From an uncultured Gammaproteobacteria bacterium (GTDB lineage: Bacteria > Pseudomonadota > Gammaproteobacteria > UBA9214): a stretch of 64,000 nucleotides of DNA. Positions 1-11,269 of this stretch are shown in pieces. Below the pieces are notes generated by a model. That model ran no database searches, was not told the DNA's origin, and saw nothing but the letters and a program-made list of their open reading frames with translations. The translations under genes and the position numbers were made by a program. Location of the stretch: positions 64,001 to 128,000 of the forward strand of contig CAWHCQ010000004.1 in the NCBI GenBank assembly GCA_963827755.1, in the 5' to 3' direction. Position 1 is the stretch's first letter. Each line of letters begins with the position of its first letter.

Positions 1-190
1 AGACATTCACACTGATAATCAGGGCAAGCAGAACCAGCAAGGCACGCAGCGGCAGGGCCAGGTCAAACAAAATACCGGCAACTGCTATACCCAGGGCTAT
101 TGCGGCAATTTCAATATTGCGCAGCGTGAACAGGCGGTTATAGTTCCGGCGTGCTGTTTCTTCCGCGCTTGTGTCCATACCCGGTTTCAT
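1..190 (-). CDS. 5' part of a RegB/PrrB/ActS-like sensor histidine kinase (runs off the window)
   Basis: Manual translation from ATG at 190: MKPGMDTSAEETARRNYNRLFTLRNIEIAAIALGIAVAGILFDLALPLRALLVLLALIISVNV. The N-x-x-R-L-F-x-L-R-N motif followed by TM helices resembles RegB-family N-termini. Confidence 0.55.
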   Translation of the reverse strand, partial: MKPGMDTSAEETARRNYNRLFTLRNIEIAAIALGIAVAGILFDLALPLRALLVLLALIISVNV

Positions 191-376
191 ACCCCGATAA
201 TGCAGTGGACGATGCCGCCCGGCAACCCGGGTGGTTTGTGCTTAAATAGCGTCAAACGACGCCAGGAATCATCCCCTTCACAGGGATGGCGTCTCATCCT
301 GAATTATTTTATAGTATCAACAGGTTGCCATGGTTCCCCCGGGTAATGGCAAAACCCTCACCTGAAAGAATAAATC

Positions 377-1285
377 ATGGCAGACCGCAGATTACAGGTA
401 TTTCACACCGTTGCTCGCTTGCTGAGTTTTACCAAGGCGGCCGAGAGTTTGCACATGACCCAGCCGGCGGTGACCTTCCAGGTGCGTCAACTGGAAGAAT
501 ATTTCAATACCCGCCTGTTTGACCGGACCCATAACCGCATCAGCCTGACCGAAGCCGGCAAGCGCGTTTACGAGTATGCGGACCAGATTTTCGATCTTTA
601 CGCAAAAATGGATAACGCGGTCCGTGATATAACCGGCGAGATCAGCGGTGTCCTGATCATCGGTGCGAGCACCACCATTGCCGAGTACATGCTGCCCTCG
701 CTGCTGGGAGATTTCAAAAAGAAGTACCCGGATGTCAACGTTCAACTCAGGGTCTCCAACTCGGACGGTATCGTGACCATGGTGGAGAATAACGACATCG
801 ATCTTGGCGTGGTCGAGTCGGCGGTCCTGAACAAGAACCTGGTCGTGGAGGAGTGTCGCAAGGACCGCCTCGTTGCGATTGTACCGCCACAGCATGCGCT
901 GTCGGGAAACACTAAAATCAGTCTCAAGGAATTGCTCGAGCATGACTACATTGCACGTGAAGAAGGTTCCGGTACACGCGAGGTGATCCATGAACACCTC
1001 TCGGATGCGGGCCTGAAATCAGCGGATCTGCATGTGGCTATGGAACTCGGCAGCCCGGAAGCGATCAAGGGTGCGGTCGAGGCGGGCATGGGGGTCTCGA
1101 TCGTTTCAGAGGTGACCATCCACAAGGAACTGCAGCTCGGGACCCTGGTTGCGCTCGAGTTGAGCCCGTCACTGGAACGACAGTTTTCGTTTGTTCACCA
1201 GAAACAGAAATTCCGTCAGCGTGCCATGGACGAGCTGCTTGCGTTTGCACGCGCCTATTGCCTGTCACACAAAGACGACCACTGA
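377..1285 (+). CDS. LysR-family transcriptional regulator (CysL/CbbR-like)
   Basis: LysR HTH (SFTKAAESLHMTQPAVTFQVRQLEE), REEGSGTR substrate-domain motif, 302 aa. Confidence 0.95.
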   Translation: MADRRLQVFHTVARLLSFTKAAESLHMTQPAVTFQVRQLEEYFNTRLFDRTHNRISLTEAGKRVYEYADQIFDLYAKMDNAVRDITGEISGVLIIGASTTIAEYMLPSLLGDFKKKYPDVNVQLRVSNSDGIVTMVENNDIDLGVVESAVLNKNLVVEECRKDRLVAIVPPQHALSGNTKISLKELLEHDYIAREEGSGTREVIHEHLSDAGLKSADLHVAMELGSPEAIKGAVEAGMGVSIVSEVTIHKELQLGTLVALELSPSLERQFSFVHQKQKFRQRAMDELLAFARAYCLSHKDDH

Positions 1286-1416
1286 ACAGGCTGTTGCATA
1301 TAATCCCTGCGGCCGTTCGTGCTGCGTGCGTCCTGCGGGATTGGAACAGGGTGCTGGCGGGCGCATAAACACCGAATTTCACTATCCTCCTTCCAGATCC
1401 GGTATACACTCTGCAG

Positions 1417-1788
1417 ATGGAAACAACTGAAAAACACCTGCTGCAACTCTTCAGTCAACTTGCTGCAGGGGACCAGGCCACCCTTTTGGCCTTTGCCGAG
1501 TTTCTTTATGGCCGGGGTTCTTCCGGGGAAACGATGGCCGCACCGGAACCGGTGGTGATTGAGGAACCGGGACAGATTGAACGGCCGGCAGAAGAAAGCA
1601 TTGTCGGCTGCCTGAAGCGCCTGGCGAATACCTATCCGATGCTGGACAAGAATGTAATGCTGAGAGCAACCTCCGAACTGGTTGCTACAAGCCTCATGAA
1701 AGGTGGAGATACTGTTGCAGCGATTGATGAGCTCGAAGAGATTTTCCGGATACAATATGAGCAACTCAGGGCAGGGACGGGAAAGTAA
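1417..1788 (+). CDS. conserved hypothetical protein
   Basis: 123-aa ORF with host-like codon usage, ending 3 bp before perM. Confidence 0.75.
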   Translation: METTEKHLLQLFSQLAAGDQATLLAFAEFLYGRGSSGETMAAPEPVVIEEPGQIERPAEESIVGCLKRLANTYPMLDKNVMLRATSELVATSLMKGGDTVAAIDELEEIFRIQYEQLRAGTGK

Positions 1789-1791
1789 GGG

Positions 1792-2871
1792 ATGAATATC
1801 CTGCGTATATGGTACCACCGATATTTTTCGGATCCCCAGGTGGTTATCCTCGGTGTGCTGCTGCTGGCGGGTTTTGCGGTCATACTGACGTTTGGCCAGA
1901 TGCTCGCACCGGTACTGGCCGGTATCGTGATTGCCTACCTGCTGGACGGCGTGGTGGAAAAATGTAACCACCTGGGCGCGCCGCGCTTCTCCGCGGTTGT
2001 GCTGGTGTACGTTTTGTTCATGTCATTTATCCTGTTCGCTGTACTCTGGTTGATGCCGCGTTTGTATTTCCAGGTCACGCAACTGGTGTCGCAGCTGCCG
2101 ACAATGATTGCCCGGGGCCAGGACGTCCTGCTGCAATTGCCACAGCGCTACCCGAGCCTTTTTACCGAGGCGCAGGTCAGCGATATTCTTACGGCAATAC
2201 GCGCCGAAATCACTGCCCTGGGTCAGCACGTGCTGTCCCTGTCGGTGGCGTCGGTGTTCGGGCTGATCACCCTGATGGTGTACATCCTGCTGGTGCCGAT
2301 ACTCGCTTTCTTCTTTCTCAACGACAAGCAGCACATCCTGGACTGGTTCAGCCAGCGACTGCCGGCGCAGCGCAGCCTGGCGAACCTGGTCTGGAGCGAT
2401 GTGAACCTGCAGGTCGCCAACTATGTACGTGGCAAGGTGTGGGAAATCTTTATTGTCGGTGCCGTGGCCTTTGCCATCTTTTCATTCCTGGGCTTGCAAT
2501 ATGCCTTGCTGCTTGCAACCCTGGTCGGTTTTTCGGTCATCATTCCCTACATCGGCGCAGCGGTTGTGACGGTGCCGGTGGCGATCATAGGCTGGTATCA
2601 GTGGGGCTGGAGTGCTGAATTTGGCTGGTTGATGCTGATCTACGGAATATTGCAGGCGCTCGATGGCTATTTGCTGGTGCCGTTGCTGTTTTCCGAGGTG
2701 GTCAACCTGCACCCGGTGGCGATCATTATCGCCATTCTCGTGTTTGGAGGCCTGTGGGGTTTCTGGGGTGTTTTCTTTGCCATCCCGCTCGCAACGCTGG
2801 TGCAGGCGGTGCTCAATGCCTGGCCGCGCAAAGAAAAAACGGAGAATGAACCTGTAGCGGGAACCAACTGA
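1792..2871 (+). CDS. perM: AI-2E family transporter (PerM)
   Basis: Polytopic membrane protein with LDGYLLVPLLFSEVVNLHPVAIIIAILVFGGLWGFWGVFFAIP; usual neighbour of bcp-gcvR-dapA. Confidence 0.9.
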   Translation: MNILRIWYHRYFSDPQVVILGVLLLAGFAVILTFGQMLAPVLAGIVIAYLLDGVVEKCNHLGAPRFSAVVLVYVLFMSFILFAVLWLMPRLYFQVTQLVSQLPTMIARGQDVLLQLPQRYPSLFTEAQVSDILTAIRAEITALGQHVLSLSVASVFGLITLMVYILLVPILAFFFLNDKQHILDWFSQRLPAQRSLANLVWSDVNLQVANYVRGKVWEIFIVGAVAFAIFSFLGLQYALLLATLVGFSVIIPYIGAAVVTVPVAIIGWYQWGWSAEFGWLMLIYGILQALDGYLLVPLLFSEVVNLHPVAIIIAILVFGGLWGFWGVFFAIPLATLVQAVLNAWPRKEKTENEPVAGTN

Positions 2872-2897
2872 GATGCATGTACTTGCATGTGTCACTT

Positions 2898-2959
2898 TCG
2901 CGGATGAGATCCGCTCCTGCTGTCGTACGCACGGCCGCAGGAGCGGATCTCATCCGCGA
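2898..2959. repeat. REP doublet (REPIN-like): perfect 23-bp inverted repeat with 16-bp spacer
   Basis: TCGCGGATGAGATCCGCTCCTGC (2898-2920) and GCAGGAGCGGATCTCATCCGCGA (2937-2959), between convergent perM and bcp; may also act as a bidirectional terminator. Confidence 0.85.
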
Positions 2960-2961
2960 GG

Positions 2962-3429
2962 TTAAAGTTCCTTCACCGCATCCAGCACTTCGTCAACATG
3001 GCCGGCCACCTTTACCTTGCGCCATTCCCTTTTCAGGGTGCCCTTGCCATCGATCAGGAAGGTGCTGCGTTCAATGCCCATTACCTTGCGGCCGTACATA
3101 TTCTTTTCCCTGATCACATCAAACAGCCTGCAGGCTGTCTCATCTGCATCTGAAAGCAGTTCAAACGGGAAATCCTGCTTCGCCTTGAAATTCTCGTGTG
3201 ACTTGATGCTGTCACGCGAAATCCCCAGAATGACAGTATTGCGGCGCCTGAATGTGTTGATACGGTCGCGAAAGTCCTGTCCTTCCGTGGTGCAGCCCGA
3301 TGTGCTGTCTTTCGGGTAGAAATATACCACCACGTTTTTTCCCCTGAAATCCGAGAGTGCGATGTCCTGTTCACCGGTTGCAGGCAAGCTGAAGTCCGGG
3401 ACTTTTTTTCCAACAGAAACCTTTGGCAT
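2962..3429 (-). CDS. bcp: thioredoxin-dependent peroxiredoxin Bcp
   Basis: YFYPKDSTSGCTTEG peroxidatic motif and GIERSTFLID. Confidence 0.95.
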   Translation of the reverse strand: MPKVSVGKKVPDFSLPATGEQDIALSDFRGKNVVVYFYPKDSTSGCTTEGQDFRDRINTFRRRNTVILGISRDSIKSHENFKAKQDFPFELLSDADETACRLFDVIREKNMYGRKVMGIERSTFLIDGKGTLKREWRKVKVAGHVDEVLDAVKEL

Positions 3430-3522
3430 GATGGTGTATCTTCCTTTCCGGTTGGTGATTTACAGACTTGTTGGTCAGCCGGCGCTCCTGCAGCAATAGT
3501 AAACGCTGCTGCGCTGATTTCC

Positions 3523-4074
3523 CTAATTCTTTACCGGCTCGAACAGTGCGTCAAGATTCAACTCGTCGCAGAACTCCATGAACTCTTCACGCAAGTTCGA
3601 AATGTGGGTACTGGCGGGGACATTCACGGTCATGTGTACGGAAAACATCGGTGTCCCGGTGTGGGCGGCTGCATAGCTGGAGGTGACCATTTCCTGGATA
3701 TTGATTTTCCGCCGGGAGAAGAATCTGGCCAGGTTGTGAACGATGCCGGGCTGGTCCAGCGCGACGGCATCGACCCCGTAGGGTAGCAGGTCCTTGCGGC
3801 CTTCCTGCATGCTGGCCCGTCTCGAGATTATGGTCAGTTCGAGCCTTTCTTCCAGGCCCTGTATCTGGTTTTCCAGTTTTGCCAGGCTGCTCCAGTTGCC
3901 CCCGACCTGCAGCAGCAGGGCAAAATCGCCACCCAGGACCGTCATGCGGCTGTCGATAATCGTGCAACCGCTGCCGAGTACTGCATTGGATATTTCTTCA
4001 ATGATTCCGGGCTTGTCCTTGCCAAGGGCGGACAGCACCAGTTGACTGTTTTTTGCCGTGCTTTGATCTTTCAT
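3523..4074 (-). CDS. gcvR: glycine cleavage system repressor GcvR (tandem ACT domains)
   Basis: LVLSALGKDKPGI and ALDQPGIVHNLARFF ACT repeats; divergent from dapA. Confidence 0.9.
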   Translation of the reverse strand: MKDQSTAKNSQLVLSALGKDKPGIIEEISNAVLGSGCTIIDSRMTVLGGDFALLLQVGGNWSSLAKLENQIQGLEERLELTIISRRASMQEGRKDLLPYGVDAVALDQPGIVHNLARFFSRRKINIQEMVTSSYAAAHTGTPMFSVHMTVNVPASTHISNLREEFMEFCDELNLDALFEPVKN

Positions 4075-4218
4075 TATTCCGGGAACCGGTTGTTTAAGAG
4101 AGCAGCAGGTGCCGTTGGCAAAAGTCTACCATTATTCCCGTATTGGTGGGTGTTTGCCTTGTCAGCCCGGGGTGCCGCCAGTACCATGTCGTTCTCGTCC
4201 GGTACGGAGATTCTGGTG

Positions 4219-5106
4219 ATGTTTCAGGGCAGTATGGTAGCGCTGGTGACCCCGATGCAGGAGGGGGGCGCTATTGATGAAGACAGTCTGCAGCGTTTGA
4301 TTGATTTTCATGTGAAGAATCATTCCGATGCGCTGGTGGTGGTCGGCACGACCGGTGAATCAGCGACCCTGAACGAGGAGGAGCACTGCCACGTAATCCG
4401 GCGGTCGGTGGAAATCGCTGCCGGCCGGATTCCGGTAATTGCAGGAACCGGTGCCAATTCAACCCGCGAGGCGATTGATCTGACCGTTTGCGCCATGCAG
4501 GCCGGGGCGGATGCCTGCCTGCTGGTTACCCCGTACTACAACAAGCCGACCCAGGAGGGCCTGTACCAGCATCACAAGGCCATCGCCGATGCCGTGCCGA
4601 TTCCGCAGATCCTGTACAATGTGCCAGGCCGAACCGCCTGTGACATGCTGCCGGAGACCGTAGCGCGACTGGCGCCGATCGAGAATATTGTCGGTATCAA
4701 GGAGGCAACCGGTAACATGGATCGTGCACGGGCCATTCTGGATTGCTGTGGTCATCAGCTGGACCTGTACAGCGGTGATGATGCGACTGCGATGGAGCTG
4801 ATTTTGCTGGGAGGAAAAGGCAATATTTCAGTGACTGCCAATGTTGCACCAAAAGCCATGCATGAACTTTGCAGCGCTGCACTTGTCGCAGATCGTGATT
4901 CGGCAACAACAATCAATGACCGGCTGGATATTCTACACAGGGCCCTGTTCGTCGAATCCAGCCCGATCCCTGTCAAGTGGGCATTGTATGAAATGGGACT
5001 GATCCCTGCGGGGATACGATTACCGTTGACGCCCCTGGCAGAAAAATTTCATGTAACAGTCCGGCAGGCCCTCAGGCAAGCCGGCGTACTCGATAACCGG
5101 GAATAA
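4219..5106 (+). CDS. dapA: 4-hydroxy-tetrahydrodipicolinate synthase
   Basis: GTTGES, LYNVPGRT and GIKEATG motifs; ATG 4219 follows a GGAG RBS. Confidence 0.98.
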   Translation: MFQGSMVALVTPMQEGGAIDEDSLQRLIDFHVKNHSDALVVVGTTGESATLNEEEHCHVIRRSVEIAAGRIPVIAGTGANSTREAIDLTVCAMQAGADACLLVTPYYNKPTQEGLYQHHKAIADAVPIPQILYNVPGRTACDMLPETVARLAPIENIVGIKEATGNMDRARAILDCCGHQLDLYSGDDATAMELILLGGKGNISVTANVAPKAMHELCSAALVADRDSATTINDRLDILHRALFVESSPIPVKWALYEMGLIPAGIRLPLTPLAEKFHVTVRQALRQAGVLDNRE

Positions 5107-5110
5107 CCCT

Positions 5111-6232
5111 ATGCAATTGAACACACACTCCAGAATACTTCTTTCATTGCTGGCGGGTAGCCTGTTGCTGTCGGCCTGCGGCAGCCTGGACAAGGTGGCA
5201 CCCGGCAGGCAGAAGGTTGATTACAAAAAGAGCAAGGCGACTGAATCGCTGGAAGTCCCGCCTGACCTGTCATCGCAAACGATAAATGAGGCCCCGAGCG
5301 CGCTGGATAGCGCAAGCCCCGCGCTTTCGTCATTAAACGAAGGGCTGCCGACGGGCGTATCAATGGTGCTGCCCGATCAATCGAACATGAAATTCGAGCG
5401 GGATGGTGACCAGCAATGGCTGGTAGTACAGGGCAAGCCGTCGCAGGTCTGGCCGAAGATCAGGGAGTTCTGGCTGGAGGAGGGTTTCCTGATCAAGATG
5501 GAAGACCCGCGCGTCGGCATTATCGAGACCGGCTGGTCTGAAAATCGCGCCGATATACCCAAGGGGCCGGTTCGCAATGTCCTTGGAAAGGTGATGGACT
5601 TCGCCTATTCCGCCGCCACGCGTGACCAGTACCGGGTACGCCTTGAACGGGGCGCAGAACCGCTGACGACAGAGATTTACCTGACACACCGCGGCGTCGA
5701 GGAAGTGATCAAGGGCAGTGTCGAGGACAATTCGACGGTCTGGGAACCGCGTCCCAGTGACCCGGAGCTGGAAGCCGAGATGCTCAAACGCATGATGGTC
5801 TACCTGGGTATCGAGGAACGGAAGGCCGAGACCATGCTGATGCGCAAGGCCGCTGTACAACAGCCCCGCGCCCGGATGGTATCGGTCAGGGAAGGCAGCA
5901 TGCTGGTTATCGATGAAGACTTCTCACGTGCCTGGCGTCGTACCGGGGTTGCACTGGACCGGGTCGGCTTTGCCGTTGAGGACCGCAATCGTATGGAAGG
6001 TATCTACTACGTCCGTTATAACGATCCGCTCGCAGGTCAGGACAAGGATGGCGTGTTGAGCAAGCTGGCCTTCTGGTCTTCCGATGACGAAGACGAGACG
6101 ATGCAATATCAAATCGAGGTTCAGGCGCAGGGTGCGGCAACTCACATTGTTGTCAATAATGCCCAGGGCAGGCGGGACACGTCCGCTACGGCCAAGCGCA
6201 TTCTTTCGCTGCTGGAAGAAGAGCTTCGTTAG
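5111..6232 (+). CDS. bamC: outer membrane protein assembly factor BamC (lipoprotein)
   Basis: Lipobox LSAC, LEVPPDL motif, position directly after dapA. Confidence 0.9.
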   Translation: MQLNTHSRILLSLLAGSLLLSACGSLDKVAPGRQKVDYKKSKATESLEVPPDLSSQTINEAPSALDSASPALSSLNEGLPTGVSMVLPDQSNMKFERDGDQQWLVVQGKPSQVWPKIREFWLEEGFLIKMEDPRVGIIETGWSENRADIPKGPVRNVLGKVMDFAYSAATRDQYRVRLERGAEPLTTEIYLTHRGVEEVIKGSVEDNSTVWEPRPSDPELEAEMLKRMMVYLGIEERKAETMLMRKAAVQQPRARMVSVREGSMLVIDEDFSRAWRRTGVALDRVGFAVEDRNRMEGIYYVRYNDPLAGQDKDGVLSKLAFWSSDDEDETMQYQIEVQAQGAATHIVVNNAQGRRDTSATAKRILSLLEEELR

Positions 6233-6255
6233 AATGCGCGACAGAGCCGCATAAA

Positions 6256-7017
6256 ATGCGCTTTGCATCACTGGGCAGTGGCAGCCGGGGTAATGCCACC
6301 CTGGTGTCTGCCGGCTCCACCCTGGTAATGGTCGATTGCGGTTTTTCCGCCCGCGAAACAGAACGGCGCATGGCGATACTCGAGTGTTCTCCCGGTGATC
6401 TGTCGGCTTTGCTGGTAACCCATGAGCATGGTGATCACATTCGCGGGATTGGCCTGCTGGCCCGCAAGTATGATTTGCCTGTCTGGATAACCCGGGGTAC
6501 CCGCCAGGTGATGCGCGATGATGATGTGCCGGCTGTACACTATTTCGATGGTCATTCAGGCTTCACTGTCGGTGCACTGCGGGTAGAGCCATTCACAGTG
6601 CCGCATGATGCCCGTGAACCCTGCCAGTTTACCTTCGATGACGGGGATTGCCGCTTCGGGATGTTGACGGACACGGGCCGCCTGACTCCGCATATTCTTG
6701 CATGCCTGGATGGCTGCGATGCCCTGTTGCTGGAATGCAACCACGATGTTGACATGCTCATGAACGGGCCGTATTCGGCGAGCCTGAAACAGCGTGTCGG
6801 CGGCCCCATGGGGCACCTGAGCAACGCACAGGCCGGTGAGATGCTGTCGCGGCTGGATACCTCGCGTCTGCAGCACCTCGTGGCGGCGCACCTGAGCGAC
6901 AAAAACAACCGGCCGGAGCTTGCCCGCCAGGCGCTGGCCCTGGCGCTGGAATGCGAGACCGACTGGGTTGGTATTGCGGAGCAGGAAACGGGCCTCGACT
7001 GGCGGACAATCAGTTGA
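6256..7017 (+). CDS. MBL-fold metallo-hydrolase (YycJ/WalJ-like)
   Basis: LGSGSRGNA, THEHGDH, ECNHD and GHLSN motifs. Confidence 0.9.
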   Translation: MRFASLGSGSRGNATLVSAGSTLVMVDCGFSARETERRMAILECSPGDLSALLVTHEHGDHIRGIGLLARKYDLPVWITRGTRQVMRDDDVPAVHYFDGHSGFTVGALRVEPFTVPHDAREPCQFTFDDGDCRFGMLTDTGRLTPHILACLDGCDALLLECNHDVDMLMNGPYSASLKQRVGGPMGHLSNAQAGEMLSRLDTSRLQHLVAAHLSDKNNRPELARQALALALECETDWVGIAEQETGLDWRTIS

Positions 7018-7168
7018 TTCAAGGCTGCTGAAAAATATGCACTCTGGAAGTACTTGATCAATGCATCTCCCCTGTTACTCTGATATTGTCCGGCCAGGTG
7101 CATCCTGACTTTGCATGATCCTTCAAGTATCATTCCCCGCTTCCAGTTTTCTGTCTAACGGAGTCTCG

Positions 7169-10100
7169 ATGCTGCACCTGCGCGGTGGTCCCGCACTGTC
7201 CGATTTTCGCCGGCAGAAATTACTGCTGCAACTCGAGGTTCACGTGCCAGGTGTGCGTGGCATCGAGGCCGATTACCTGCACATTGCCGAGCTCTCCGCT
7301 GCCCTGTCCGATGCCGAGCTGGAAATCCTCACACAGCTGTTGACCTACGGGCCTTCGATGCCGGGCGGCGAGGCCCTTGCCGGCTCGCTGGTGGTTATCC
7401 CGCGTCCGGGTACGATCTCGCCCTGGTCCAGCAAGGCAACCGATATTGTGCATAACTGTGACCTGGACAAGGTGCTGCGCGTCGAGCGTGGCATTGTTTA
7501 TACGCTGGAGCTTGAAGAGGGAACTGAGCTGTCCGCAGAACAGCGGGCCGCGATACTGCCGCTGCTGCATGACCGCATGACCGAAACGGTTGTATTCGAT
7601 GTTAACGATACGGATGCTTTATTCCGCCATGCCCCCCCGGCACCCTCGCAAAGCGTCGATATCCTCAAGGGCGGCCGTGCCGCGCTGGAGACGGCCAACC
7701 GCGAACTGGGCCTGGCCATGTCCACAGACGAAATCGACTACCTCGTCGAGAACTTCACGGCCCTCGGGCGTAACCCTGTCGATATCGAACTGATGATGTT
7801 CGCGCAGGCCAACTCGGAACATTGTCGCCACAAGATCTTCAACGCCGACTGGATCATCGATGCTGAACCGCAGGGTGAATCACTGTTCAACATGATCCGG
7901 GCCTCGCACCGGGCCAGTCCCGGGGGCATTCTCTCGGCCTACAGTGACAACGCAGCGGTAGTGGAGGGTTTTGTTGTGCCGCGTTTCTTTGTGGATCCGG
8001 ACAGCAATTCCTACGGTGCCCGGCGGGAAGCGGCGCACCTGGTGATCAAGGTGGAGACCCATAATCATCCGACAGCCATTTCACCCTTTGCCGGTGCCGC
8101 CACCGGCTCCGGTGGTGAAATACGCGATGAAGGGGCGACCGGGCGCGGCGCGAAACCGAAGGCCGGGCTGTGCGGTTTCTCGGTATCCAACCTGCGTATC
8201 CCCGGTTTCGAGCAGCCATGGGAAACCGATCATGGCAAGCCGGCGCGGATTGTCTCGGCACTGGACATCATGGTCGAAGGTCCACTGGGTGCCGCGGCAT
8301 TCAATAACGAATTCGGTCGTCCCAACCTGTGTGGCTACTTCCGTACCTTTGAGGAAGAGGTGCCCGCGGCGCACGGGACCGAACTGCGTGGCTACCACAA
8401 GCCCATCATGCTGGCGGGCGGCATCGGCATGATTCGTGATCAGCATGTACACAAGAACACCATTATGCCGGGTACGCCGATCGTGGTACTGGGTGGACCT
8501 GCGATGTTGATCGGGCTCGGCGGCGGTGCGGCGTCGTCGATGTCGAGCGGCGCCAGTGCCGAAGACCTGGATTATGCCTCGGTACAGCGCGGCAACCCGG
8601 AGATGGAGCGGCGTGTGCAGGAGGTGATCGACCGCTGCTGGGCGCTGGGTGATGCCAACCCGATTGTCTCGATACATGACATTGGTGCAGGCGGCCTGTC
8701 GAATGGCGTTCCGGAACTGGTGCATGACAGCGGCCGTGGCGGGCGCTTTGAATTGCGCGAGATCCCCAACGATGACCCGGGAATGTCGCCGCTGCAGGTC
8801 TGGTGTAACGAATCACAGGAACGCTACGTGCTGGCGGTCGAGCCTGCAAGGATGCCGGAGTTTATCGCCATGTGTGAACGCGAGCGCTGCCCGTATGCGC
8901 AGCTTGGCGAGGCAACGGAAGAATCGCAGCTGCTGCTGCATGACCGGCATTTCGGCAATACGCCGATTGACCTGCCGATGAGCCTGTTGCTGGACAAACC
9001 GCCGAAGATGCTGCGTGATGTGCAACGCGAGGTCATTCAGCAGCGTGAGTTCAGAACCGGCGCGTATCGATGTTACCGAGGCCGCTTATCGCGTGCTGCA
9101 GATACCCGCGGTCGCCGACAAGACCTTTCTCATCACCATCGGTGACCGCTCGGTGACGGGCATGGTGGCACGTGACCAGATGGTCGGTCCGTGGCAGGTG
9201 CCGGTGGCGGATGTGGCCGTGACGGCCTCTGATTATGAAGGCTGCACCGGCGAGGCCATGGCCGTGGGCGAGCGTACACCGCTGGCCCTGTTGCACGGCC
9301 CGGCCTCGGGCCGCATGGCGGTCGGCGAAGCGATTACCAATATCGCGGCCAGCCGCATTGAAGCCATCGACAAGATCTGCCTGTCCGCAAACTGGATGGC
9401 CCCGGCCGGGCATCCCGGTGAAGATGCACGGCTGTATGACACGGTAAAGGCCGTTGGTGAAGAACTCTGTCCGGCGCTCGGTATCGCCATACCGGTCGGC
9501 AAGGACTCCATGTCGATGAAATCGGTGTGGAACGAAGCGGGTACTGACAAGGCGGTGACCGCACCGTTGTCGTTGATTATTTCAGCATTTTCACCGGTGC
9601 TGGATGTGCGCCACACACTGACGCCGCAGCTGCGCACTGACAAGGGTGAAACCGACCTGGTCCTGGTTGACCTCGGCCAGGGGAAAAACCGCCTCGGCGG
9701 GTCGGCGCTGGCGCAGGCATACAAGCAGCTCGGTGAGCTGCCCCCGGACCTCGATGCCCCGGAGCTTTTGAAGGCATTGTTTGCCGCCGTGCAGGAATTA
9801 AACAGCCGGGGATTGCTGCTCGCCTATCATGATCGTTCCGATGGCGGGCTGCTGGCATGCCTTTGCGAGATGTGCTTTGCCGGACATGCCGGGGTTTCAA
9901 TCAGTATCGATGCACTCGGTGATGATCCTCTTGCCGCCCTGTTTGCGGAAGAGCTGGGCGTGGTGATCCAGGTGAGACGTGCAGACAGGGATAATCTCCT
10001 GGCCGCCCTTGCTGCCCGCGGTCTTGAAGGGCTTGCACACCTGCTCGGTACCCTGAATGACACCGACCGGGTTGAAATTACCCACCAGGGCCACGCCGTC

Positions 10101-11069
10101 TTCTCGGAAACGCGCATCGACCTGCAGCGCGCCTGGTCCGCCACCAGCTACCAGATGCAGTCATTGCGCGATAATTCCGAGTGCGCCCGCGAGGAATACG
10201 ATGCCATACTGAATGCTGATGACAAGGGCATGCAATGCGTCGTTCCTTTCGATATCAATGAAGATATCGCCGCTCCGCTTATCAGCAAGGGTGTGCGTCC
10301 CCGTGTCGCGATTCTCCGCGAGCAGGGCGTCAATGGACAGGTCGAGATGGCCGCTGCATTTCACCGCGCCGGTTTCGAGCCGGTCGATGTACACATGAGT
10401 GATCTGCTGTCGGCGCGCGTCACGCTGGCAGAGTTCAAGGGGGTCGTGGCCTGCGGTGGTTTCTCTTACGGCGATGTGCTGGGTGCCGGACAGGGCTGGG
10501 CGAAATCGGTGTTGTTTCATGCCCGCCTGCGCGATATGTTCAGCGCCTTCTTTCAACGCGAGGACGGTTTTTCCCTGGGAATTTGCAACGGTTGCCAGAT
10601 GCTTTCCGGTCTCAGGGAACTGATTCCCGGTGCCGCTGCCTGGCCACGCTTTGTGCGCAATAAATCCGAGCAGTTCGAGGCGCGTTTCTCGCAGCTGGAA
10701 GTCCTCGACTCTCCCTCGCTGTTTTTTGCAGGCATGGCGGGTGCCGTGCTGCCGATAGCCGTGGCACACGGTGAAGGGCGGGCCAGCTTCAGTGATGCCG
10801 GCGGTGCGCAGGCCGCGCTCGACAGCGGCATCGTTTTGGCCCGTTTCATAAACAGCAATGGCCAGGTTGCGCAACGCTACCCGGCAAACCCGAATGGCTC
10901 ACCGCTGGGTATCACCGGGCTGACCACCGAGAGCGGCCGCGCCACCATCATGATGCCGCATCCCGAGCGCGTGTTTCGTGCACTGCAGAACTCCTGGCAC
11001 CCGGAAGAGTGGGGTGAAGACGGCCCCTGGATGCGCATGTTTCGCAATGCGCGGGTGTGGGTAGGCTGA
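7169..11069 (+). CDS. purL: phosphoribosylformylglycinamidine synthase (large type), one apparent frameshift near 9060
   Basis: [13 protein letters not shown] and KVETHNHPT in the first frame; GICNGCQ and MMPHPER glutaminase motifs in the second frame; full length when joined. Confidence 0.95.
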
Positions 11070-11104
11070 TAAGGATTTGTATCGCGGGGTTCGGGGTAGA
11101 GTTT

Positions 11105-11248
11105 TGATGGGTACGCTACGCTTTACCCATCCTACAAAGAGGTAGTATGCAGGATGGGTAAAGGAGCGAAGCGACGTACCCGTCATGGGGATGCAAAGAG
11201 GTAGTATGCAGGATGGGTAAAGGAGCGAAGCGACGTACCCGTCATGGG
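11105..11248. repeat. REP cluster (BIME-like): one inverted REP plus two direct copies with 59-bp period
   Basis: Reverse-strand GTAGGATGGGTAAAGCGTAGCGTACCCATCA (11105-11135); CAAAGAGGTAGTATGCAGGATGGGTAAAGGAGCGAAGCGACGTACCCGTCATGGG at 11135 and 11194. Confidence 0.85.
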
Positions 11249-11269
11249 AATGACAGATGTGGACAGATC

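Noticed and set aside
9040-9075. Programmed frameshift or natural split in purL
   Set aside because: No slippery heptamer, not at a domain boundary, and one of many similar indels
11135-11248. Direct repeats as a CRISPR array
   Set aside because: Only two copies with a ~4-bp linker, no unique spacers and no cas genes; the sequence matches the REP at 36546
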